This document shows, in pieces, positions 35,223 through 48,965 of a stretch of 64,000 bases of DNA. Position 1 is the stretch's first letter. Each line of letters opens with the position of its first letter. This stretch comes from Catajapyx aquilonaris (taxonomy: Eukaryota): contig KZ537995.1 in the NCBI GenBank assembly GCA_000934665.2, positions 1-64,000 of the forward strand, given 5' to 3'. The position numbers were made by a program, and so were the translations under genes. A model generated the notes under the pieces. The model did not search any database and was not told the DNA's origin. It worked only from the letters and a program-made list of their open reading frames with translations.

Positions 35223-37714
35223 ACCGCCCTCTTGTTGATAGGACGCGACGAGACGCGCTGGAAACGCGCCTGAAAGCACAAGAAGCTGTGTTCACACGAC
35301 CGTCGGTCGTTGTCTTTGGGAATGCGACCACTAAACCAATCAGCACCTGATACGTAACGATCTCAGTGAAACTTATTCTCCAATAATGTGACATCTATAA
35401 TATTAAAATCTTTTTCGTGGTGTTTGTATTTGTATAAACCCTCTGATTGGTCCGACCCCATTATTATTGTTACCGAAACGCTTCTGATTGGCCCCCTCGG
35501 GCAACAACACGAGTAAACAGTGCATCTTTCATTGACACTGAGCATTACTCATATTGTTGAGGGTCATCATCTCCACGAAAACCTGAAGAGGGGGAAGTTC
35601 TAGAAGCGATTAACAAGCAATAGGGCCTTCATCACCACCCCTGGCCGCTGGCCTTAGAAAAAAGCGAGTGAAGCGAGGCTTTTTCTGGTTCAAAATAATA
35701 ATAATGCATTTTTCTTCTTCAAAAATATAGGCTATATTAAACAAATTGCGAATTGCGCCCTGCAATGTTTTCTTGACATTTCTGCAAAATCTGCAAAAAC
35801 GCAAAAATTATTTTTATAGTTGGCAATATGGCAATATTGCCAACTAGAAAAATAATTTTTGCGTGTCAGCCACATTTTTTTCTACTCTCTGCAAAATAGC
35901 CAGTACACGAATATTATATTTACCTGACAAGTCAAATCCGAAGTGTTGAATCGAAGTGTGTCTGCAACATATCTGTGAGTCCGTCCAAAGCTGTAGGTTG
36001 GAATAATTATTGTATAAAATAATAATATAGAGCACAAGGGTTACTGTGACCCACGATAAGTTTTGCGAATATTTTGTGGGCAATATTTTTGTGCGAGTAC
36101 TTGCAGTCAGAAGTGCTGCTGTACTGTCAGAGTGTACAGGTATAGACATGTCCTGCATAGCTGGTTCGTTGATTAGTTGCGCGCGTTTGGTAAAATTGGA
36201 GCCAAGTACACTCTTGATCGACCTGGTATATTGTCTTGGAGGCGGGTTTATTTCCGATTATATTTTCCTCGTGTGGGTGCAGGTTTTCATGTCGTCATCA
36301 CAAGCCAAGGGGAAACTATATATAATATCACTGGTTGGAATCACATTATTAATTATTACTCTGTTGTTCCCGCCGCCACCATTTCTCCCACACCTATCAA
36401 TATTCCCAGGTAATTTATTCCCAGGTAATTGCACGGTGTTGTATCGACAGCTTAGTCACATGTACAAGAGGTGTTCAAACTGAAAATGTAACTGTTCATA
36501 TTCATCGAATATTAGCGTATGTGTAATACTTTTGATTTCCATGAAAATATCTTCTTTTAAATCAGTCTGTTTTGAATTGTTACTTTTCAACATCTTCAAT
36601 TTATATATATTTATATTTATATTTGTTCAGGATGCTAATATTTGAATTGAATCATTTGTCTATTTATAGTGTAATATGAACATTCTCCGATTGGCCCTCC
36701 TCACACAACAATACGAGTAAACCAGTTCATCTTTCATTAACACTGATTGCATGATGAGGGCAACTCCATCATATGGAAACTTGGGTGACATTAGCGAGGA
36801 CCTTAGATATGATGTCTGAGCGATATATTCTTTCGAGAAATTATTTTCGATGAGGTAATTTCAAAACCAACATGCCTGACATCAACTGACTATGAATAAC
36901 TCCTATGCGAGTCGTTCCATGTGAAATGGACCAGGGAGAGGTTGCTTGACCATCTCGTTATTTTTAAATATTTTCACCATAGGTAGTTCCTTTACCAATT
37001 AATTTCGAAAAATCTGTGCTGGCTGCCAAGATCACCAGACACCTGACGCCACCTGATTGCTTCTTGTGGGGTTTGTTGAAGGGCCAAAATAAGCCTCGAA
37101 CAATATTATAACAATATTATTAACAAGTAACCACACCAGTACTGTCCATCTTGTGGCACTGTCAGGCAGTACGTCACATTGCATGATGATTTTAGTTAAT
37201 ATTTCGAGTGTCAGAAAGCTGGGCGCTCATTGTGCGTTGTGTGACCACAACATTACTGTCCGTCTTGTGGCGCCGCAGCAGGTCAGTGAACATTATTGTG
37301 GCTTTGCCAGAGCAACCTCATGCAACTTCAAAATGTACTGCCCCAGAAGACAAACAGTAATAATGTGTCTGATGCAGAACCCACAAATTACTTTTCCAAT
37401 TACCATGGAGATGCCCTCATACAATAAAAGAAGTAAGCAGTTTCAACAAAGATTATTTTCATTCATTGATTGTTAATTACGTGCCATTTCAAAATTCAAT
37501 AACTTTTTGAACATAACGTTTCTGTACCCTAGGAACAGTGTCATTCAACTCAAGAAATTTGCAATATTTTTGTGGGGCTAAAGTGCAACCTTTCCCTATA
37601 ATTAACTATACATACACAATAATACTGATTAGTTTACTGGTTATATTGATTACATTATAATTAATTGTATGTGCTCCTCACAACAATGTCAGTGCAATGA
37701 TGTAGTTGTTCCAT

Positions 37715-39302
37715 TCATGGCAATTTTGCGATCCACGGGTAGGATTCAGGACATGGAATGCAAGATATCATGTTGCGGGGTCCTCCTGGAGTCATAGTGA
37801 CAACTAAAATGATGTTTGCAGTTGTTGGGTATGATTTTATCACACCTCCAAGGTTTAAAGTTCTTGATATCCGCCAACTTCTGTGGGTGCTTGATCCATT
37901 CCAGTCCCTGAAAAAGAAAAAGAAAAAGAAAAAAAAACAGGAAGCATATCTCAAAATAATGCTTCAAATTAATCTGCCCAACTAACCTTTGAGATGGTGA
38001 CGACATACACATCGCCCTTTTCGAGCTGCGTATCCAGCCACTTCAGATATGATGGGAATATGTAATCATGTTCCAGTATTTGCTTGAACCAGGACAGGCC
38101 CAAATAGAGGCCAAAAGGTGCCCTTGTTCCTTCATAGAAACGCTTAAAGTTAGAGTCCAAAAACTTGATGACCTCTGCGCCATTTCTGGGCCTGGAGTTT
38201 AAAAAGTATACCATAACAGCACAGATTCTTTTTGATCTCCGTGAATCTGAGGTCGCTGCAGGATATATAAGATACTTACAGTGGAGTGCATGAGGCAGGG
38301 TTGATGCCAAATGTGTCGTTCAAGCAGTACATGTCAACCAAGGGTATTTCCCACAGCTTTGAAAAATTCAGAGTTGGACATCCACCTATAGGACAATCCT
38401 GTAAGAAATTTGTAATAAAAATGATGCAGTGTTTGATACGTTGATTATTGGATAAGTATCACCTGATGAGGATTTTCCGCATTGAAGTCGAGTGTATAAG
38501 GCCAAATAGGAAACTCAGAATATTCTTCAGTAGGCCATGAACTATCCCAGACAAAGTTTTCTTGGGCCATTCTGAACATGTTGTTGCCTCCCATTTCAAA
38601 ATACGGTGCTCTCATTCCCTACGAATATTGGGGGACATATAAATTTCAATTCCAGGCATTCTGAAAGATTATTGCTGGCCACTACGGCTGAAACACACCT
38701 GAATTTTGTCGGTCACTTTGGCAAATTCATTGATGAAGTTTGCCATTCCCACCATTTCATCCTTCCAGTCTTGGACTGAGGCTGTAGTCCAGTAGGTGTA
38801 ATTAGACACTTTACTGCAAAGGAACATCAGCTGCACATTACCCGATCATGCTATTAAACTGCATAATGAAAATTGCTTGAAGACATACCTGATGGAGTTA
38901 GAAGCAAACTCATTCCCCTTTCGCCACAAATAGTTGACTTTGTCATATTCTGTGTACTGGTGATCGAGGAAGAATGTCATGGTGATGGGGCAGCCATTTG
39001 GGTTTTTTCTTCCTTCAAGAATAATCTTGTAGTATTTGAACACATCACTTGTAATGGAGCCATCAAATCCTATAAATATCATTTGAGGAGTGTCCGCCGG
39101 GCTTAGTCCTCCTGGGATGTCTGTGCCAAAACACCGACAATCTGGAAGCTCGCAGTCATTGCTGTAGGATTGGAATAAGATTAAAAGCAAAATTTAGTGT
39201 GTACAACTCCTTGCTTGTAGTCACTCACTTGTTGCATGTTGCAGAAGTGCTCCCAATCACATATGATAGGAACATAGCCAAAGCCATTTTCAACACAGCC
39301 AT
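37715..39302 (-). CDS. Chitin deacetylase-like protein 1 (7 exons; catalytic residues lost; frameshift in last exon)
   Basis: Signal peptide; CELPDCRC, TPQMIFIGFDG, NPNGCPITMTFF, GMRAPY, WPYTLD, RAPFGLY; no chitin-binding or LDLa module. Confidence 0.88.
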
Positions 39303-40020
39303 GCTGATATGACTTCCCTTGCAGGCTCTGTTTGACTTGGTCTACCTGTTTCCTTCTTTCTCATACCTGAAAAAAAAAATGACGCTGCGCTTTAATATAT
39401 AATACCATTATTTTGTTACCCATCTCTGCACATCTAATCTTACCATTCTTACACTGTTCATCCTCCTGATAAGTTCTGAAAAAATGTCATTTTCTTGACC
39501 TTATCATGAGGAAGTGTCAGGATGAGATATGAAGTGACATTTATGTAAGCAACACTTATTTTCCAGACTTCCTTTTGGAGCCCTCAAAAGATAGGGGTTA
39601 TTTGACTTATTTCATCTTGAGATGCACAGGTGCGTATACCACATACCACAGAGAAATCCCCAGTTCCCTTCTTTTTACTAATCTTTGGTTTTTGCCAAAT
39701 GTATTGTTCTGATATTTGGAATAATGGATGCTTTATTAGGCTGGTTGAGAAATTCACCATGCTATAGTTTTATGGTTTTAGCAATGTCACAGGAATTTAT
39801 TCCTTGTAATGTCAGTTCCAAAAGAGAATTATTACAAGTAGTGCAGGAATGGATAAAATCACTTCCCATGGATGTGACAGTATGTTTGTCAATCACGAGA
39901 CGTTAAAACAATGAAACTCATTTGAAGTAAACTGTAGTCCAACACTTTATGATAACTAATATGTCAAAAGTCTTCTGTGATTATGGAATTAGTCTCACAA
40001 TGAGTCTCTCAAGAGATAAT

Positions 40021-41926
40021 GGCTAATTCCACGCGTGACTTACACGACATGACACTCAGTTTATGCCTAACTGTTAAATTTTTAAACCACAAACGTAGCA
40101 TTTAAGGAAAGGGTGTTTAGACCTAAATATGCACCTTGTATCTAAGTGTTAATTAATGTTTTGATTTTAACAGTTGCACATTTCATTTGAGTTATATAAA
40201 TATATAAAGGAATGTGTGACTTACACGACAAGAAAGCCACTGGTAACGGAGGCTTCAGATATGAATGTAAAATTCTTCACAGTTGTGACTTAATTGTTAG
40301 TGTTATTGTAGGGAAGATATTTTCAAAGACCCAAATTAAAATAATATTATGTGAACTTGGTGTTATGTTATTAATTTTACAAGAAATAAATTTTTTCTTT
40401 TGTGACTTACACGACACTCGAAACGTGACTTACACGACACTTTTGTCCTCATTGCTTTCTAATCAGATTTATGAGAAGTATTTTAGATTTTTAGGACAGA
40501 AACAAAGTAATCTCTCTTATTAGTTATTACATGTTATTTTCTTCAAACATTTAAATGATAGGCCTAGATGAGAATGTGCAGGGCAACAATTCTTATAATT
40601 AACATTATTTTGAACATGTATAATGCATGTATAATGTGTGTACCTGAGCAGACAGCAGTGGATTCATTGCATTGCCATGTGAGATGGCCAGGTGTGATAC
40701 CTGATGGTCATCGCTGGCCACCCTGTCATGGAATACAATGAATATGTGAAGGGGGAATGTGTATGTAGGTTACTACAGTGTATGTAGTCCATATGTGTGT
40801 ATAAAATGGTCTATTTGTATAACTTGCCCAACAAAGCATGTAGTGAGTTTGTCCATTACATTTGCAGTCAAGTCAAGTTAAAAATAAACAATATAAAACG
40901 CAAGAATGGAAGCATTAGAAATAAGAGAATATTCTAGTTCATAATGTCCAAGTGTACTGAAATAATGAGATTTTCTTAGTCAGGATAATAAACAACTTAT
41001 TTTCTAGTAGGAGTTCACATTTCATCAAGCGTAGCTATTCTTCATTCAATGTCCTTTGATTCAATGAATATAATATTAATATTTGGATAAACTCTATGGG
41101 CAACTTGTGCAAATTCTCCAGCTGCGTTTGGATCAAACTGTCTGGCATTGACGGCTTCTCAAACTCTACATTTTATCTTCAAAGCGTCTCTCTCACTAAA
41201 AGTCACAATTTTTAAAAAAATTACACCTGTATTTTTGCCTTTCCAATGCACTTATCTAGGACAGCTCTTACTTCTCTTTTTGCTTTAACTATGACATTTG
41301 CTTTTTCTTCCATTCCACTACTGTAAGTGCCATTTTAACAGCCGGGAAACAATAGTGACAGTGGCATCCAAGCCGAAGTGTGACTTACACGACAAGAATT
41401 AAATGGCCATAATAATGTTCAGGCAAAAATTACCTCAAAATTATTACTATTATTTGAAGGGTCCTACTGTGTAGTGAGAAGGTAATTAATATCAACTTTT
41501 AGAGTTTGGTAGGCTACTATAGCTAAAAATTTAAAAAAGGTCTAAAAAGTGTGACTTACACGACACACAAAGATGGTATTTAAACTTGCTAAGTTTCATG
41601 CTGAATATGTCATTGCAATAGAAAGATAAACATATAGTACATTCATCCAGTTCTTATGAGATAGAAATCACAGTTTACTGCATGAAAAACACTAGATTAC
41701 TTGTTGAATTATGAAGATTTTTATGGAGACTTAGAACAAAAAAAATTTGCACACCCGCCATATTTGAAATAAACAGTGTTGTTACCTTGAATGTATGCGA
41801 AAATTCTCTAATATCTGTTGAAAAATTAAAAATACACAATCTCAGCTTTCAGAAAATATCTTAATATCATAGAAATTATTTATTTTAAAATCTGACCCTG
41901 ATGTATACTTTTGCATGGAATTAGCC
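40021..41926. mobile_element. Non-autonomous DNA transposon (3-bp TSD)
   Basis: TIR GGCTAATTCCA(C/T)GC; TSD AAT; six copies of GTGACTTACACGACA inside. Confidence 0.8.
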
Positions 41927-42167
41927 AATCTCACACACATACCATATACCATATATGTTTTGCTTACAAGAAGCCAGACAAACAATTTCAAACTGTTCAG
42001 GTGCAATATTCACTCCAAGAGTCCCAAATTGTTGATATGTAAATCAGTAAGCTTTAATCAATGAACAACATCTGTACATTCTCATTACTAACTGATTGTG
42101 TTTACGTAGTTATCACACAGTTAGCTAGGGTACATAATAATGTTGCCAATTTTCTGTCACTGACAAT

Positions 42168-44044
42168 CTAGGGCAGGGGTGTGACCCATGGGTAAGAAGA
42201 AGGGCATGAAATACAGGACATCATATGGGGTCCACCTGGACGGGTATGTTCGTAGTGACACATACGAGGATGCTTGCAGTTGTTGCGTACTATTTTATCA
42301 CAACTCCATGGTTTGAAGTTCTTGAGGTCAGCCAGCTTCTGTGGGTTCCTGATCCATTCCAGTCCCTGAAAATCACATGTCAAGTATCATTGCTGTAACC
42401 AGAGGGTACTACACCAAAGTCACCATGTTATTAAATATTTTTAGAAAACAATAACTGAAGTCATAAATAATGAAACTGCAGATCTGGTGGGGAATAATGC
42501 ATTGCCTTAATATTTTAATAATGCTACATGACATTATTGACTTACTTTCGAGATGCTGACCACATACACATCACCCTTTTCAAGCTGTGCATCCAGCCAC
42601 TTCAAATAAGCTGGGAATATGTAATCAAGTTCCATGATTTGCTTGAACCATGACAGGCCCATATAGAGGCCAAAAGGTGCCCTTGTTCCTTCATAGTAAC
42701 GCTCGAAGTTAGTGTCCAAAAACTTGATGACCTCATCGCTATTTTTGGGTCTGAAATAAAAGTTAGACAATGCAGCAATGATTATTGTCATGGTCAATTC
42801 AGCACTGGACTTCGAAGTAATGCTGCTCTTGCAGTTACAGTCCGAGATGAACTTGGCACAATCCCTCAGTTTATGAATCACTATTGGTAGACTCATACTA
42901 AAAGTATTTATGAAATATTGGGAGTTATCTATGCTAATAAGTTATGGTGATTCGTATCCAAAGGGCTATGGCTAGCTGCTGTTCATTATTGCACAAGATG
43001 TACTATACCGGTACTTACATTGGAGTGCACGAGGCAGGGTTGAAGCAAAGTGTTTTGTTCATGCTAAACAGGTCTATTAAAGGTATCTCCCACAACTTAG
43101 AACCATTCAAAGTTGGACTTCCATCACTAAAGGGGGAGTCCTGCAAAGATAAACTGACAGTTATAATCCAATATAAAATGCATTGTTCAGCTACAGCTTA
43201 ATCTCATAAAAATTGCCTGCCTTGCAGTCGAAAGTATAGGGCCAGACAGGATGTTCATCGTAACGTTCTTGGAGTACCAATGAGCTATCCCAAACGAAGT
43301 ACTCTTTGGCCATGGTCAACATATTGTCATTTGTAAGAAAATAAGGTGCTCTCATACCCTGCAGAGGACAGATGAAGATATGGATAGTAGCAATACAGCA
43401 ATTGTCATAGTTTCATAGGCTGAAATACACACCTGAATTTTGTCGGTCACGTTGGCAAATTCGTTGATGAAGTTTGCCATTCCCACCATTTCATCCTTAC
43501 AGTCTTGGACTGAGGCAGTAGTCCAGTAGGTGTAATTAAACACTTTACTGCAAAGGAACATCAGCCGCACATTACATCATTCCGATCATGCTGCTCAACT
43601 GCATAATGAAAATTGCTTAAAGACATACCTGATGGAGTTAGAAGCAAAGTCATTCCCCATTCGCCACAAATAGTTGACTTTGTCATATTCTGTATATTGA
43701 TGGGTAAGGAAGAATGTCATTGTGATGGGGCAACCATTCGGGTTTTTTCTTCCTTCAAGAATATACTTGTAATATTCGAACACATCCCTTGTCATGGAAT
43801 CATCAAACCCTATAAATATCATTTGAGGAGTGTCCGCCGGGCTTAGTCCTCCTGGAATGTCTGATCCACTGCAACGACAGTTGGGCAGCTTGCAGTCATC
43901 GCTTTGTAAACTAGAATTTATTGTAAAAATTAACTGAATGATTAGGTTCATTTACATTCTGCAATTCACTCACTTGCCGCATGGTGTGGAGGTCACACTG
44001 GCCAAGACAAGACTCATGGCCATTATAAACTTAACTACGGCCAT
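42168..44044 (-). CDS. Chitin deacetylase-like protein 2 (7 exons; intron-4 donor altered)
   Basis: Same exon structure as copy 1; GFDDS motif; exons 2-3 nearly identical to copy 1. Confidence 0.85.
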
Positions 44045-45651
44045 GATGATTGTTTGTGTATTGCACCCCTTATGTTGCTTGTTTGTGTGTCTCTGGTGCT
44101 CTCCCATTGCAGGCAAGTAGCAGGTTTTCACGACGTACAATTTATATACTCTAGAACCTAATCTCACCAATCTTGTTCATCATGCTGATTATGGCTAAAA
44201 TAAGTTATTTCCTTAACTTTATCATGATCAACAGGATGTTGTTGACACATTTACACATTATCATTTCCTTACTGTCAATCAAGGTAATATTATCGCAACA
44301 GACGCAGTGAAGGGACAGGAGAGTGCAGGACAGATATTATACTATCAGGCAACAACAAAAGGCACCTTGGTGTAGAAATATGAAAAACAGCTAAACGCAT
44401 AGTTCTGCACAAATTTCTTTGCATTTACGATATCTTCCCACAGACTTGTACACCAGCTTTCCAACCCTTAATCCTTGTGACTGTTACTAAAATTGTTTTA
44501 ATTGCTTACTCAGCATAAGTGAAATTTTAAAAGTTTCTTTACATTACAAGTTACGTAACTGGTCAATACGTAACATCAGGATAAACATGCCAAATTCTCC
44601 AACTGCAGTGTGACGTCAAATTCATTACGAAGCAGCATTTTCATACCTTTACCAGACATCGTCTCAGGACGGTTTCCTTCGAGAATGGCCGTGGCCCAGA
44701 CCTCTCTTCAGTGGTCAGCTCCCTTAATTTGAGTGAAACAATGGGGAAAAAAAAAGAAGAAAAATCTCGACCCTAGAAGCTGTCCTTGCAGTGGAATAAA
44801 AAATTGCTTCATGGACCTAGCAAACTTGTACATTAAAAAATCCATGACATATTTCATTTTCATTGTGCCATGTTTCCAAAGTACAAACCAAAGTTGAGTA
44901 TGCCTGCACAATGTCAACTGCTATATTTTCAAATGTCCAAATATCTCTCATAGATGTACAGTACATGTATTGAAAACATAATCATTTTAACATGGTTTTC
45001 AAGCTCTCCAGGAAAAACAAGAGTGTGTCATCAATTATTCATTGTTGGCTAGAAAAAAACCATGCACAAAGTTCATTGTACAATTTAATTGCGAAAAATA
45101 ACTCAGTAGGCCAAAAAGATTATCATATAAAAATAAATATGTGATTGTAAAATAATACAAAAGTAAAGACGAACTAATGGGCATTACGATGATTCAAATA
45201 ATTCAATTTGCTTGAATTGGTCGCTCACAATTTTATTACATAACACATACTGTACGTACATTGAGATACGCCTCCAGAGACCAAGAAATACTTTTGCATG
45301 AGATACTTACTGGTTTTTGCTGCCTTGACTAGTCTCCTTCATTTGGGGGCATGTCGTAAATTGGTGTTATGTACAATCACAGCGAAAAAGTACATGAAAA
45401 ATTACATCCACGGGAAAATTTGTACACACGTATAGCGTTTTCTGTTGCATAACTTTGTTGGCCAATCTTATTCCCCTTCAAAAAAGACGAGGTAGCAGTA
45501 AGAGTCAAAAAGACAAACGTTTTTTTTTTTTGTTCCTTTTTCCAGACATAACTAACATCTGCTTTCTAACTCAGTGTATAAATTAAGTGCAAAAAAGTTG
45601 GCGATGGCGAACAAAGATTGGCATAAAGGAGGGAAGGGGGGGTAGTTAGAC

Positions 45652-48320
45652 TTATGGTATCCATGCCTTGCTGCTCGAGGATGATGTGCTTCCTCTCCTG
45701 TGGCTCAGTGATCCTTCGGACTTCGCATGTGACCTTTCCGGAGTCATAAGCAGCCGTGACAATGATCGGGAGTTGGGGTTTGACTTGCATTTTGCGTTGA
45801 AGGCCTCAGAGACTTCCTTGGATGGCTTAGCATCTTGGATCTTCTTCAGGAGCATCTGAGGAGACGACAGTAAAAAGAATCAGACACATAAATAAAATGA
45901 AGGCAAGTCAGTGTTTGGTACTTTCTTTGAGACATGCATGTAATGCCTCGATACGACGAGGGAGACTAAACGATGCTTTGCAGCATACTTGCAGCAATTA
46001 GTTACCAATCAAAATCTGAACTTGTTACAACCCAAAAGTCTAGGAAAAATTCATATGAACGAGAAAACAATTACGTGTTGCCTCATTCAGAGTTGTCCTC
46101 TTTGCACCCAAAATTGCAGAAAAAAAAGCAGAATACTGTGCAAAATAAGTAATTCTGCAACTGTTACGTACAATAGTATTTGTCCACAGCATGAAAAGCG
46201 TAAACAAATTATGACGTCTGTTACTGTTGAATTGGGAAATGAAAGGTCTGCAAGAAATTGTCAAATCTTTTTGCAGCTTTTTCCCATGTTCAAAATATTG
46301 ACTCAAACAGGTGCAAAAATGGAGTGTAATCTTCATAAGGTCACTTGCCTAGAGGAATGTTCAGCATATTTTAATTACTCTTACAACGAGTATGAAAACA
46401 CCTGAGGCTTTTTCACCTCCACGAGAGTACTGTAATCATGACCTTTTCCACCTTCACGCCAGAAGCACTTGAGAAAAGCTCTATTTCTGCCAAATCAATA
46501 TTTTGACTTTGTCGCGTCGGAACATTCCAGGATCCCATGAAACATGCAAAGCACATGCATTACCCATTGCTTTAATTAAATTTATGAGCAAAAAGTAAGT
46601 CTCAGAAACCATGACGCACACAATGACCCATTCACCGTGGGAATTGCTGCAGAAATCTGCTGTTGGCTTTATACCTTGGGATCGAGCCACATGTTGTGAT
46701 GAACATTCTGCGAATTCCTTGAACAAAGATGATCCGATACATCACAACATGACTGTTAGGTGACATCATGAATAGCACACGCAATATTCCGGATGTGACT
46801 CGATGCATCTAGTTCTTACACGTGCAATAAAATTTGGAGCAGAATCATATTACATAACACAAACATGCAGGGCTGGCAGCCAAACACACGTGGTGTTATG
46901 TAATATACAGACATGCCCAACAAAAGCACTACTTAGAAGTCGAGTTAATAGATTTGCACAACAATCCTATTCCGAAGTAGTACTTGAATCACTACACAAT
47001 GCATCCTATGAGCCATCGTGTGGTGAAACTCTGATGAATGAGTCACATCAAGTCATCCACCTACTAGGAATGACAAGTCATAAGATCTAAATATAAATGC
47101 TTGCAACAGGTGGGGGTAAAAGCATTGAGTGACATGCAATTCTTGTGATATGACACTGATTATTTTATCAGTTTACGTATTGAATCACTTGGGAAGGAAC
47201 AGGACATGCTATGTGATACTGCGCCACTTCCACAAGCGATAACACGCAGCAATAAATTTACGCCAAACTTTACCCTCGGTTTAAGGTTTCAACGGAAAGT
47301 GTCGTTCACATTACAGGTCATTAACATTTGTTGCAAGACATTGCTCTGGTAAAGATAATATTTACCTACACTGTTAAAGTCAGTGCCCTACGATTACGAT
47401 TAGACCTGCAAATCAATACAATTAGCGAAACAAACCAGATTCTCCTGCTGAATCCTTTTCTGCTGCTGCATCCTCCCGATGGCCGAGCTGGCCACCCGGA
47501 CACTCTTGGGCTTCCCGCCCTTCCCGTTCTTCACCCTGGGGCGCTTGTGCTCCATGATCTTCCGCAGCAGGATCTGGTTCTCACGGTCGATCTTCCTAAC
47601 CTGATCTGCAGTGAAGCTCATGTTGCGATGGAGGTGATGCGACTGGGGCCTCAGAGTCACCGTCATACTTCGCTGAGCCCTATCCTGTTCCAGCTCGTTC
47701 AACGCCTCTACCAGCAGCTTCATATCGGTTGCATGTGGCGGATCAACCGGTTTGGACTCCTGCATTGGTTCGGTACGCGGCCGAGGGAGGAACGGAAGGG
47801 GGCTGACACTCGCAGAGGACATTGGCGATACCTGGGTGATGTCCGAGTCCGATGTGAACGACTCGTCTTCATCCTCGTCGTCGCTGGACAGGCTATCCGA
47901 TATGGTGTCCGACTTGTCCGATGCACTGCTGGTTGTAGCACGAGGCTGATCGGTCAGGTCATCTATCACAAACAGCGGGTTATCCAGTTCTCTCATATGG
48001 TTGGTATGCTCCGAGAGGTGCTTGGGTATCGTACCGTTGTGTCCGGAATGTTCGGTCACACCGTTCTGCACTGGCTGATGCTTAGCGTCCGCACCGTACT
48101 GTCCATCGTAGCCACCTTCAGCACCCAGCACTTGCTCCCCTGCGCCGCACCGTGGTTCCACATCAGCTACCTTGGCCTTAACAGGACTGCAGTGCATGTC
48201 GTGCACAACATCCTGCTGCTGCTTCTGCTGCCCTTGGCTGGATTCAAAGAAGTCAAAGTCGACCTCACCGTGTATGTCGTGCTCATAGTGCGTGTCTCCA
48301 AGGCCCAGCTCCCTAGGCAT
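45652..48320 (-). CDS. CFAP97: CFAP97/KIAA1430-family protein (exons 48320-47436, 45855-45652)
   Basis: RNMSFTADQVRKIDRENQILLRKI...SSAIGRMQQQKRIQQENL|MLLKKIQDAKPS matches the CFAP97 domain. Confidence 0.85.
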
Positions 48321-48641
48321 CCTCAAGCAGCCCCAGGGCGGCCCCTAGTTTGCCCCCCTCCACCTTCTTCACATGCGGGACTCTCCCCCCGATCAGCTGT
48401 TCCCCCTGAAGTTAACAGAACAGAAGAGCCCTTCAAGGACGGACGCCATCAAAATCAGAAAAGAAGAAGGGACCGCCCACTTTTGAGGATCAGCCAAGCT
48501 CGCTCAGGGGCCCACCTCGGAATGACGACCGCCAATCAGGAGCGAGAGAAACGGAGGGGAACGGTCCGGTCCGTTTCTGGGTCGAAAGGGAAGGTGTCAT
48601 TTGTCATTTAAATCATTTAAATGACGAGTGACGTTCACCAG

Positions 48642-48965
48642 GTGTGCCAACAGGAGGAAAATCGAGTGAAGTTTGCAGGCGTGCCAACAGGAAAATCGAG
48701 TGAAGTTTGCAGGTGTGCCAATATGAAAATCGAGAGAAGTTTGCAGGGGTGCCAACAGGAAAATCGAGTGAAGTTTGCAGGTGTGCCAACAGGAAAATCG
48801 AGTGAAGTTTGCAGGTGAGCCAACAGGAAAATCGAGTGAAGTTTGCATTTGTGCCAATAGAATAATTGAGTGAGTGAAGTTTGCAGCAGGTGTGCCAAAA
48901 TATGCAAAAATTAGTGAAGTTTGCAGGTATGGGAAAAACGGGAGTGAATTTATTGCAGGTGTGCA
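48642..48965 (+). repeat. 34-bp minisatellite, about 9 copies
   Basis: Unit GTGTGCCAACAGGAAAATCGAGTGAAGTTTGCAG. Confidence 0.95.

Noticed and set aside
47328..48611. 427-aa plus-strand ORF
   Set aside because: Antisense shadow of the GC-rich CFAP97 exon
48642..48965. CRISPR-like regular repeats and the ORFs over them
   Set aside because: Head-to-tail 34-bp units without unique spacers, in a eukaryotic context; the ORFs are repeat artefacts
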